Below, in pieces: positions 46,901 through 54,723 of a DNA stretch of 64,000 nt (positions are counted from its first letter, which is position 1; each line of letters opens with the position of its first letter). The position numbers were made by a program, and so were the translations under genes. The stretch spans positions 12,959 to 76,958 of the forward strand of contig CAJBVW010000449.1 in assembly GCA_903959175.1 (NCBI GenBank), written 5' to 3'. The DNA comes from an uncultured Pseudomonadota bacterium (GTDB lineage Bacteria > Myxococcota_A > UBA796 > SXON01). A model generated the notes under the pieces. That model was not told the DNA's origin, searched no databases, and was given only the letters and a program-made list of their open reading frames with translations.

Positions 46901-47018
46901 CGATACACGGCCGAACCTCCCGCCCCGAAGGCAGGGTTCGCCCATGTATCAACTCTTGACGCAGCAAGGGCTCGCTGATACATCGGCGATACACTGATAC
47001 CTGATACAGGAGTGATAC
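46901..47018. promoter_or_regulatory. array of seven GATAC motifs immediately upstream of the 47019 start
   Basis: (T/C)GATAC starts at 46901, 46976, 46987, 46995, 47002 and 47013 on the plus strand. An inverted GTATC lies at 46946..46950. The last copy abuts the ATG. Confidence 0.5.
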
Positions 47019-47735
47019 ATGGCCCTCCGTGACCTCTTCGCCTCGAAGCTCGCCGGCCCCGCCGGCCGCGTGCTCGACGCCCCCATCCGCGACATCGTCC
47101 ACGACATCCTCCGGGAGCACGGCTACGCCAGCCCGGCCGAGATCCAGGCCCTCCGGGACGAGCTTCGGGACCTCCGCACCCGCCTCGAGGGGGTCGACCG
47201 CAAGGTGGCCGATCTCGTCCACGTCGCGGAAGAGGCCCGCTCCGAGGCCGCCGCCGCCCGCGCCGACGCGGTGAACAGCCTCGCCCTGCACGCCGCCCGC
47301 ACCCCGCCCCCGGCCGACCCGCGCGTCGCCCTGCTCGAGTCCCGGGTGGCCGAGCTCGAGGCCTCCCTCGCCGCCGCCCGCGTCGCCCCCTCGGCACCCG
47401 CGGCCGTCCCCCTCGCCGAGCCCGCCGCCCCCGTCGCTACCGAGCCCGCCGCCCCCGTCGCTACCGAGCCCGCCGAGCCCCTCTCCGCCGAGCCCCGCAC
47501 CGCCTGCAAGGTCCCCGCCTGCGGCGAGGGCGTGCGCTCCAAGGGCTTCTGCTCCCCGCACTACCAGCAGTGGCGCCGCGGCACCCTCAAGGGCTTCGTC
47601 AACGCGGACGGCACGGCCCTGGTCGACGGCCGCGTCGTCCACCTCGCCACCAGCGCCATCGGCGCCGCCGTCAGCAGCGAGGACGGCCAGCTCCTGGTCG
47701 ACGGGAAGCCCACCCAGGAAGTCGCCGCCTCGTAG
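47019..47735 (+). CDS. hypothetical coiled-coil protein with a Cys/His-containing C-terminal motif
   Basis: N-terminal heptad-like ALRDELRDLRTRLEGVDRKV. Tandem EPAAPVAT x2. CKVPACGEGVRSKGFCSPHYQQWRRG. Confidence 0.6.
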   Translation: MALRDLFASKLAGPAGRVLDAPIRDIVHDILREHGYASPAEIQALRDELRDLRTRLEGVDRKVADLVHVAEEARSEAAAARADAVNSLALHAARTPPPADPRVALLESRVAELEASLAAARVAPSAPAAVPLAEPAAPVATEPAAPVATEPAEPLSAEPRTACKVPACGEGVRSKGFCSPHYQQWRRGTLKGFVNADGTALVDGRVVHLATSAIGAAVSSEDGQLLVDGKPTQEVAAS

Positions 47736-47750
47736 TCGCGAGCCGGAGCG

Positions 47751-48755
47751 CTACTTCAGCTCCTGCCAGCCGTAGTCCCCGCCCCCGCCCGACGCTTCGG
47801 GCGGGCGCGCGGCGAGCGTGTAGGACGCGCGGCGGTTCCGGGCCTCGTCGATCTCGTCCGCGGTGTCGATCGCGAGGTTCCCCTCGCCGTAGCCCTGGTA
47901 GTAGATCGCCCCGGGGAAGCCCGCCTTCTTGAACCACCCCGCGATCGCCCGCGCGCGCGCCATCGACAGCTTCTGGTTGGACGCGGCGTCCCCCACGGTG
48001 TCGGTGTGCCCGCCGACGTACAGCTTGATCACCACGTCCGAGCCGTACTTCTCGAGCACGCCCCGCGCGTCGGTCATCGCCGTCGCCAGCTTCGGCTCCT
48101 CGCTCGCGCCGAAGTCCGCCGCGTTGGTCGCGAACACGACGTCCTCGTGCGGGATGCTGTAGCTCCACGGCACCAACTCGAGCTCGGACCAGAAACCGTC
48201 GGCGTCGTACCCCCGGATCTTCAGCTTGATCACCTCGCCGGCGTCCTGCTTCCACTCCACGTTCACCGGCACGTTGGCCGCCGCGCCCACCGGCGCCAGC
48301 CCGTAGCCGACCTGTACGCCCTTCGGCCCGAGCGCCGTGATCTCGACCTTGCCCGTGGCGCGGTCCATCACGACGTCCACGCTGCGCTTCGGAAGGTCGA
48401 GCGACCCCGGCCGCAGCGACATCGCCATCGGGCGGTACACGTTGATGGTGAAGCCGATGGGCATCTCGCCCTCGCTCCCGTCCGCGAAGCTCCCGAACAA
48501 CGTTCCCTTGCACGCGTGGGCGCCGGCGGGGGCGTCGATCTTCAGCTCGATGCGGTCCCCCGAGCGGGCGGGGCCGTCGCGGCCGACGCGGGTGCCGCCG
48601 CAGTCGATCTTCACGGTGAGGACCGAGGCGTCCTGGTTCATCTTCACGATGAAGGCGGGCGCGGACGTGCCGACCTGCCCGGCCTTCACGACCTCGAGGG
48701 AGACGGCGTCCTGGGCGTGGGCAGGGCCCGCGAGGGCGAGGAGCAGCGACAACAT
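47751..48755 (-). CDS. OmpA-family (peptidoglycan-associated) protein
   Basis: Signal peptide MLSLLLALAGPAHA. The C-terminal region VGGHTDTVGDAASNQKLSMARARAIAGWF...RNRRASY is the OmpA_C signature. Confidence 0.85.
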   Translation of the reverse strand: MLSLLLALAGPAHAQDAVSLEVVKAGQVGTSAPAFIVKMNQDASVLTVKIDCGGTRVGRDGPARSGDRIELKIDAPAGAHACKGTLFGSFADGSEGEMPIGFTINVYRPMAMSLRPGSLDLPKRSVDVVMDRATGKVEITALGPKGVQVGYGLAPVGAAANVPVNVEWKQDAGEVIKLKIRGYDADGFWSELELVPWSYSIPHEDVVFATNAADFGASEEPKLATAMTDARGVLEKYGSDVVIKLYVGGHTDTVGDAASNQKLSMARARAIAGWFKKAGFPGAIYYQGYGEGNLAIDTADEIDEARNRRASYTLAARPPEASGGGGDYGWQELK

Positions 48756-48870
48756 GGAACACCCCTATCCGAAGGTAGACCCCGCGGCGCCGCACGAGGT
48801 TCCGTCGGCGGAGGCAGGCACGGCGCGGCGAGACCCCTTAAGAGGGCGCCCCACCTGCCCGGATGACGCC

Positions 48871-50385
48871 ATGAACGACCTCCTCTCCCGCCTCGGCCTG
48901 ACCTCCTCCAACCCCGGCGCCTGGGCCGGAGCGGCCCTCCCGAGCGCGGGCGTTGGCACGGTCGTCAGCTACAACCCCACCACGGGGGAGCCCATCGCCG
49001 AGATCCAGCTCGCGAGCGTGGCCCAGTACGAAGAGATCATGGCGACCGCCGTTCGCCAGCAGAAGGCGTGGCAGCTCTACCCGGCGCCGAAGCGCGGCGA
49101 GATCATCCGCCAGATGGGCGAGGCCCTCCGCGCCCACCGTGACGATCTGGGCGCCCTCGTCTCCCTTGAGGTCGGCAAGATCACCGGCGAAGGTGTGGGT
49201 GAGGTGCAGGAGGCCATCGACATCGCCGACTTCTCCGTCGGCCTCTCGCGCCAGCTCTACGGCCTCTCGATGCACTCCGAGCGCGCCAACCACCGCATGT
49301 ACGAGCAGTGGCACCCGCTCGGCACCGTCGGCGTGATCACGGCGTTCAACTTCCCGTGTGCCGTCTGGGCGTGGAACTCCATGATCGCCGCCATCTGCGG
49401 GGACGCCGTGGTGTGGAAGCCCTCGCTCAAGGCCCCGCTCATCGCCATCGCGACCCACCGCATCTGTGAGGACGTCCTCGCGAAGAACGGCTGGAGCGGC
49501 CTGTTCGGCCTCGTCATCGGCACCGACAAGGACGTCGGCGAGACGATGATCCGTGACCCCCGCCTCCCCCTCGTCAGCGCCACCGGCTCCGTCCGCATGG
49601 GCCGCTACGTCGGCACCGTGGTCGCCGAGCGCCTCGGCCGCACCCTCCTCGAGCTCGGCGGCAACAACGCGATCATCGTCGACAAGGACGCCGATCTCGA
49701 CCTCGCCCTCCGCGGCATCCTCTTCGGCGCCGTCGGCACCGCGGGGCAGCGCTGCACCACGACGCGCCGGTTGTTCCTCCACAAGGACATCTCCGCGCGC
49801 TTCACCGAGCGCCTCGTCAAGCTCTACGGCCAGGTCCGCATCGGCGATCCGATGGCCGAGGGCACGCTCATGGGCCCCCTCATCGACGAGGGAGCCGTGC
49901 GCGACTACGAGCTCGCGGTCGCCGAGGCCACGCGCCAGGGCGGCACCGTCCTCTGCGGCGGCAAGCGCGTCGACCGCCCCGGCCACTTCGTCGAGCCCAC
50001 GCTCATCGCCGCGGATCCCGCGATGTCCATCGTCAAGCACGAGACCTTCGCCCCCATCCTCTACGTGATGGAGTTCAGCGACCTCGACCAGGCCATCCAC
50101 CACCAGAACGACGTGCCGCAGGGCCTCTCCAGCTCCATCTTCACCAACTCCTTCCGCTCGGCCGAGGCCTTCCTCTCCGCGCGCGGCAGCGACTGCGGCA
50201 TCGCCAACGTCAACATCGGCACCTCCGGCGCCGAGATCGGCGGGGCGTTCGGCGGCGAGAAGGAGACCGGCGGCGGCCGCGAGTCCGGCAGCGACTCGTG
50301 GAAGGCGTACATGCGCCGCCAGACCTGCACGCTCAACTACGGTGCGGACCTCCCGCTCGCGCAGAACCTCCGCTTCGACCTGTAG
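48871..50385 (+). CDS. ALDH7-type aldehyde dehydrogenase (alpha-aminoadipic semialdehyde/piperideine-6-carboxylate dehydrogenase-like)
   Basis: [17 protein letters not shown] (catalytic Cys), and the C-terminal [31 protein letters not shown] typical of antiquitin-family enzymes. Confidence 0.9.
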   Translation: MNDLLSRLGLTSSNPGAWAGAALPSAGVGTVVSYNPTTGEPIAEIQLASVAQYEEIMATAVRQQKAWQLYPAPKRGEIIRQMGEALRAHRDDLGALVSLEVGKITGEGVGEVQEAIDIADFSVGLSRQLYGLSMHSERANHRMYEQWHPLGTVGVITAFNFPCAVWAWNSMIAAICGDAVVWKPSLKAPLIAIATHRICEDVLAKNGWSGLFGLVIGTDKDVGETMIRDPRLPLVSATGSVRMGRYVGTVVAERLGRTLLELGGNNAIIVDKDADLDLALRGILFGAVGTAGQRCTTTRRLFLHKDISARFTERLVKLYGQVRIGDPMAEGTLMGPLIDEGAVRDYELAVAEATRQGGTVLCGGKRVDRPGHFVEPTLIAADPAMSIVKHETFAPILYVMEFSDLDQAIHHQNDVPQGLSSSIFTNSFRSAEAFLSARGSDCGIANVNIGTSGAEIGGAFGGEKETGGGRESGSDSWKAYMRRQTCTLNYGADLPLAQNLRFDL

Positions 50386-50675
50386 GTTCTCTGGGCGCGC
50401 CCCCCGGCCGGGCCGGGGGTCGGCCCCCTGCGGGCGCGCGGCAAAGCCGCTTGGTCCGGCCCCCCTCAGAGCCGGGGGGCCGGGACCGGCCGGCGCGACG
50501 CCGTCCGCCCTCCGGTCGCCTCGCGCGGCGCAGGTGCGTCCCCGCCGCGGCCTCCCGCACCCGGCGCGACCGTTCATCCCCACCGCGACCGCGCCGCCCC
50601 ACCCCAGGTGGGCACCCGTGCCCCACGCCGCGCACGGCCCCCAGTCGGGCCGCGGATCTCGCGCGTCGCCACCCC

Positions 50676-50691
50676 TGGCACGCCAGTTGCT
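50676..50691 (+). promoter_or_regulatory. sigma-54 (-24/-12) promoter
   Basis: TGGCAC-GCCAG-TTGCT is an exact match to TGGCAC-N5-TTGCW. It lies 32 nt upstream of the Flp GTG, with AGGAG in between. Confidence 0.7.
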
Positions 50692-50722
50692 CTACACTGA
50701 GAGCGAACCTCCAGGAGCCCCC

Positions 50723-50923
50723 GTGATCAGCCAGCTCATCCGCGACGAAGAAGGCCAGTCCACCGTCGAGTACATGCTGCTCATCAGCGTGATCGTCATC
50801 GCCATGGTGGCCGCCGCCTACGCGTTCGTCCCCGTCTTCAAGCAGGGCGTCGAGGATCTCGCGCAGGACGTGAAGAAGATCCTCTCCACGGGCAAGATCG
50901 GCAGCGTCGGCACGTCCCGCTAA
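50723..50923 (+). CDS. Flp/Fap-family type IVb (Tad) pilin
   Basis: 66 aa reading VISQLIRDEEGQSTVEYMLLISVIVIAMVAAAY. This carries the G/xxxxEY prepilin motif followed by a hydrophobic helix. RBS AGGAG. Confidence 0.8.
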   Translation: MISQLIRDEEGQSTVEYMLLISVIVIAMVAAAYAFVPVFKQGVEDLAQDVKKILSTGKIGSVGTSR

Positions 50924-50957
50924 GCTCGGTCGCTCCCGCCTCCTCCGAGGCGCGCAC

Positions 50958-50999
50958 GGAGGCCGCTCCCCTTCCCCGGGGGGCGGCCTCTCGTCGTTT
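50958..50999 (+). terminator. intrinsic terminator candidate
   Basis: GAGGCCGC...GCGGCCTC stem with an inner CCCC/GGGG extension, followed by tcgtcGTTTT. Confidence 0.6.
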
Positions 51000-51007
51000 T
51001 CACCGCC

Positions 51008-51856
51008 TCAGAGCTCGATGACCTTCAGGGCGTTCGCCACCGCGGCGCCGGGCGTGGTGCCCTTCCACTCCTTGTTGTACCCGAGGGGGGTCACCAGGGC
51101 GCGGAAGCGGCCGATGCGGAGGTCGCTGCCGAGGTGGGTGTGCCCCGCGATGGCGAGGACCACGCGCGGGTCGGCGCGGATCACGTCTCCCAGCGGCAAC
51201 GAGCCCATGAACGCGTTCACGAACCGCCAGCCTGGGTGCTCCTTGCGGTGGATCTGCTCGATGAAGGGCAGGGTGTGGGTCACGACCACGATCCGGCGCG
51301 TGGTGAGGGCCTTCATGTGGGCCTGGAGGCGCTCGCGCAGCACGCGCGCCACGTCCTCCATCGCCATCGGCGCCCCTTCCGGATCTTTCCACACCGCGTA
51401 GGTGTGATCAGTCCACCGCAGGCCGCCCCACACGCCCTCGCGGTACGCCTCGATCGGGGCGTCGAGGATGTGCTCGCGCGTGGTCAGGTCGTACCAGCCG
51501 AGGCTCCCGGCGAAGCCGATCCCGCCGATCTCCACGGGCCCGGCGTCCAGCAGCTCGGCGCCCGCCTCTGCGCACAACGCGGGCAGCAGCTTGTCCAGGC
51601 GCACCCAGGAGTCGAGCCCCTGCGCGATGGCCTCGGGCGCGTTCCACACGTCGTGGTTGCCCGCGACGATGAGGAGCCGAGGTGTAACCTCCTTCAACGC
51701 GAGGAGCGTCTTGAGGTAGGTGGCCGCGCCGGTCGCGATGTCGCCGCCGATGATCAGCACGTCGGGCGCCACGGTGCGCACCCGGGCGACCAGCGCGTCG
51801 AGCACGGCGTCCCCGTTCAGGTCGATGTGGATGTCGCTCGTACATGCGACGCGCAT
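51008..51856 (-). CDS. metallophosphoesterase (calcineurin-like)
   Basis: MRVACTSDIH, GGDIATG, AGNHD, and AGHTH motifs. AGGAGG lies upstream of the ATG at 51856. Confidence 0.85.
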   Translation of the reverse strand: MRVACTSDIHIDLNGDAVLDALVARVRTVAPDVLIIGGDIATGAATYLKTLLALKEVTPRLLIVAGNHDVWNAPEAIAQGLDSWVRLDKLLPALCAEAGAELLDAGPVEIGGIGFAGSLGWYDLTTREHILDAPIEAYREGVWGGLRWTDHTYAVWKDPEGAPMAMEDVARVLRERLQAHMKALTTRRIVVVTHTLPFIEQIHRKEHPGWRFVNAFMGSLPLGDVIRADPRVVLAIAGHTHLGSDLRIGRFRALVTPLGYNKEWKGTTPGAAVANALKVIEL

Positions 51857-52009
51857 GGTGCCCCTCCTGGTCCCGCGAACTATCCCGGCGAGCCGTGACG
51901 TCACCGATGCAGGACGGGCACCCAGGAAAGCGCTTGCGAGACAAAACGTGGAGAGGTAGGATGCCTCCGCCCGCGGCCTCCCCCGGCACGGAACCCCAAG
52001 GAGACGTTC

Positions 52010-52654
52010 ATGACCCTTTTCGACAAGAGCTTCCGGCTCGCTCTGCTCGCCAGCGCCGCCCTCCTGACCGCCTGCCCGACGCCGAAGGACGACACCGGCA
52101 CCGGTGACACCGACGCCGACACCGACGCCGATTCCGACACGGACACCGATACGGACACCGACACGGACACCGACGCCGACGCGGACACCGGCATCGCGTA
52201 CTTCTCTTACGTCGGCGGCTTCGAGTCCGCCGACGGCACCGTGACCTCCGCCGAGTTCGGCGTCGGCTACGTGGGCGCCATCCAGGGCGACTTGATCTGC
52301 ACCGTCAAGGGCTCCATGGGCATCTCCGAGTCCGCCCCCGAGCCGGGCTGCCCGGACTGCGAGTGGGAGTTTCAGTCCGAGGGCGTCTCGGGCTCCACCG
52401 CGGTCGGTGACTACTGCGAGTCCCTCGGCGTGACCGACGGCTTCGCGGACGAAATCGGCGGGTACGGCTGGGGCTTCTCCTCCTACTACGGCTACGAGTA
52501 CGGCGGCGACGTGTACCCCCTCGATAACGTCGTCTTCCTCTACGTCGACGACGGCTGGTTCGCCTTCCTGGCGAACGACGACGTCGTCGGCTCTGCCGAG
52601 AGCCTGACGTTCTTGCGCACCTTTGAAGACTACTACTACTACTACTACCTGTAG
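52010..52654 (+). CDS. lipoprotein with a (Asp-Thr)n linker, a 4-Cys domain and a C-terminal YYYYYYL
   Basis: Lipobox LLTAC, DTDADTDADSDTDTDTDTDTDTDADADT, GCPDCEW. Ends with (TAC)6 CTG TAG. Confidence 0.75.
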   Translation: MTLFDKSFRLALLASAALLTACPTPKDDTGTGDTDADTDADSDTDTDTDTDTDTDADADTGIAYFSYVGGFESADGTVTSAEFGVGYVGAIQGDLICTVKGSMGISESAPEPGCPDCEWEFQSEGVSGSTAVGDYCESLGVTDGFADEIGGYGWGFSSYYGYEYGGDVYPLDNVVFLYVDDGWFAFLANDDVVGSAESLTFLRTFEDYYYYYYL

Positions 52655-52694
52655 TCGTAGCCCCCGCCCTCCGGCTCACAGCCGAGGGAGCAAG

Positions 52695-52737
52695 CACCCC
52701 GCTCCGGCCACGCGCCGGGGCGGGGTGTCCTGCTTTT
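52695..52737 (+). terminator. intrinsic terminator candidate
   Basis: CACCCCGC...GCGGGGTG stem followed by tcctgCTTTT, 40 nt after the stop at 52654. Confidence 0.6.
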
Positions 52738-52848
52738 GGGGTCGCGGCTTCTACCTCTCCCCCGTATCAAATTTGAGAAACTCACTCCCGGGCCTACATC
52801 AGGGGGGAGCCCGCGCTCCACCACCGCGCGGCCTCCGGAGACCCTTCG

Positions 52849-53511
52849 ATGCTCGCCCTCGCGACGCGCCGCACCCTCGCCCTCCTCCTCGGCGCCAGCG
52901 TGCTCACGGCCTGCCCCCCAAAGGGCGGGGGCCCCGACACCCCCGCCGACACCGACACCGACACCGACACCGATACGGACACCGACACCGAGACGCCCGA
53001 GGACACCGGCATCGCCAGCCTCTACTGGACCGGCACCTTCGAGACCGCGGCCGGGGAGTTCAGCTCCGCCACCCTCGGCTTCACCGGATACGGCCTCGTC
53101 GAGAAGGACTGGGTCTGCACCATCTCGGGCTCTCTCGCCTACGAAGGGGACGCCCCCGCCGGCTGCCCGGGCTGCGAGTGGGCGTTCGACCTCTCCGGGG
53201 TCAGCGCCTCGGACTCGACCGGCGCGCACTGCGACGGCTTCGGCGACACCATCTTCGCCGACAACGCCATCGACACCTACTTCGACTGGAGCTGGGGCTT
53301 CGCGCCGTCCTACACCTACTACGGCTCGGACGGCACGGCGTACCCCCTCGCGGAGACGCTGTTCATCAACCAGGACGGCACGAACTGGGGGCTGTTCGCC
53401 TTCAACTACGGCAGCAGCTTCCAGATGATCGAGGGCGACGCGACGTCGCTCTCGATCCTCGCGCAGGCGTCGGACGGGACCGCCAACATCTACTACTACT
53501 ACTACCGCTGA
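52849..53511 (+). CDS. paralogous lipoprotein with a (Asp-Thr)n linker, a 4-Cys domain and a C-terminal YYYYYR
   Basis: Lipobox VLTAC, DTDTDTDTDTDTDTET, GCPGCEW. Ends with (TAC)5 CGC TGA. It aligns by eye along its whole length with the 52010 product. Confidence 0.75.
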   Translation: MLALATRRTLALLLGASVLTACPPKGGGPDTPADTDTDTDTDTDTDTETPEDTGIASLYWTGTFETAAGEFSSATLGFTGYGLVEKDWVCTISGSLAYEGDAPAGCPGCEWAFDLSGVSASDSTGAHCDGFGDTIFADNAIDTYFDWSWGFAPSYTYYGSDGTAYPLAETLFINQDGTNWGLFAFNYGSSFQMIEGDATSLSILAQASDGTANIYYYYYR

Positions 53512-53520
53512 GCCGAGCGC

Positions 53521-54723
53521 TCAGCGCCCGCGGAGGGTCACCGGGACGAGGTGTTCGAGCTCCCGCAGGGGGCTCATGCGCACGGCGCGGTACTCCGCCT
53601 CGAGCGCGGGGAGCGCGTCGGTGCGGCCCTCGGCCCGCGCGAGGTACCACCTGCTGGCGAGGATCTCGGGGTCGGGCAGGCCCTCGTAGGCCGCGAGCAG
53701 CTCGTGGGCCTGCGCGTACTCGCCGCGGTCCACCGCCACGCGCACCCGGATCGAGTCGGGGTCGACGCCCTCGAGCACGCTCTGGGGGCGGTCGGCGAGG
53801 AACTCCACGGCCTCGTTCGCGTAGCCCATGCGCCGGTGGGCCTCGGCGCGGAGGTAGCGCGTCTGGTTGCCGCTGCGCAGGCTCGCGAGGCGGGCCAGGA
53901 TCGCCTCGCACTCGCGCGGGTTGTCCATATCGAGCCAGGACTGCGCCTGGAGCCGGCGGAGGTCGGCGCCGGCGCCGTCGTCACGCTCCCAGAGGGCGGC
54001 GACCTCGTCGAAGGCCTCGATGTCACCGTCGCGCAGGGCGAGGTTGGCCCGGGCGTACGCGGAGGCGTCGCGATCCTTGCGGAGGAAGAGGAGCTCCTCG
54101 AGCGCGTCGGCCGAGGCGGCGGTGTCCCCGATGGCGGCGGTGTCGAGGGCCAGGCTCGTGAGCGCGCGGGCGCTCTCGGGGGAGAGCTCGACCGCGAGGT
54201 GGTCGAAGTAGACGGCGTCGCCGAGCAGGCCGATCCGCCCGGAGCAGGTGGAGGCGGCCAGCGCGGCGTCCCCGCCGAAGGGGAGCGTGCCGACGTAGGG
54301 CCAGAGGTGCAGGAGGGCCTCCTCGCACCGTCCCATGCGGGTGAGCGCCTTGCCGAGCCCCACGTGCGCGGCCGCGGCGTCCGGGTTCTTGTCGAGCTGC
54401 TTGCGGAAGGCGCCCGCGGCGGCCTTGTTGCCGCCCTTCTTCAGGAACATGTTCCCGGCGCCGAGCGGCGGGCGTTGCTTACCGTCCTTCCCCGCCGCGG
54501 CCCCGCCCTCGGCGGCACCTTTGCCGCCCCCGCCGCCCCCGCCGCCCTTGGGGCCCTCTCCCTTCCCCATCGCGCGCGGTCCACGACCGCCGCCGGGGCC
54601 CCGCTTGCCCTCGCCGTGACGCGGCGCGTCCGGCCCGGCGGGCGGCGGGCTGTTCCCCATCAGGGCGAGCGCCCCGAGCATGAGCCCGACGGCCCAGATC
54701 GATCCCCGGCGCGGCGCGTTCAT
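53521..54723 (-). CDS. TPR-repeat protein with an N-terminal Gly/Lys/Pro-rich low-complexity region
   Basis: Signal or TM segment IWAVGLMLGALALMG, then GKGEGPKGGGGGGGGKGAAEGG, then TPR-like helices. ATGA overlap with the upstream gene. Confidence 0.7.
   Translation of the reverse strand: MNAPRRGSIWAVGLMLGALALMGNSPPPAGPDAPRHGEGKRGPGGGRGPRAMGKGEGPKGGGGGGGGKGAAEGGAAAGKDGKQRPPLGAGNMFLKKGGNKAAAGAFRKQLDKNPDAAAAHVGLGKALTRMGRCEEALLHLWPYVGTLPFGGDAALAASTCSGRIGLLGDAVYFDHLAVELSPESARALTSLALDTAAIGDTAASADALEELLFLRKDRDASAYARANLALRDGDIEAFDEVAALWERDDGAGADLRRLQAQSWLDMDNPRECEAILARLASLRSGNQTRYLRAEAHRRMGYANEAVEFLADRPQSVLEGVDPDSIRVRVAVDRGEYAQAHELLAAYEGLPDPEILASRWYLARAEGRTDALPALEAEYRAVRMSPLRELEHLVPVTLRGR

Noticed and set aside
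50342-50722. The N-terminal extension of the Flp ORF (193-aa version in the track).
   Set aside because: The extension is Pro/Arg/Ala-rich and non-protein-like, and it contains the sigma-54 promoter and the RBS. Flp prepilins are 50-80 aa with the G/xxxxEY motif near the N-terminus, which fits the GTG at 50723.
52100-52992. Periodic GACACCGAC / GACACGGAC repeats at about 52105..52190 and 52947..52992, also seen at 42931..42990, which superficially resemble a repeat array or CRISPR.
   Set aside because: The period is 6 nt with no spacers. The repeats lie in frame inside lipoprotein genes and encode (Asp-Thr/Ala)n linkers.
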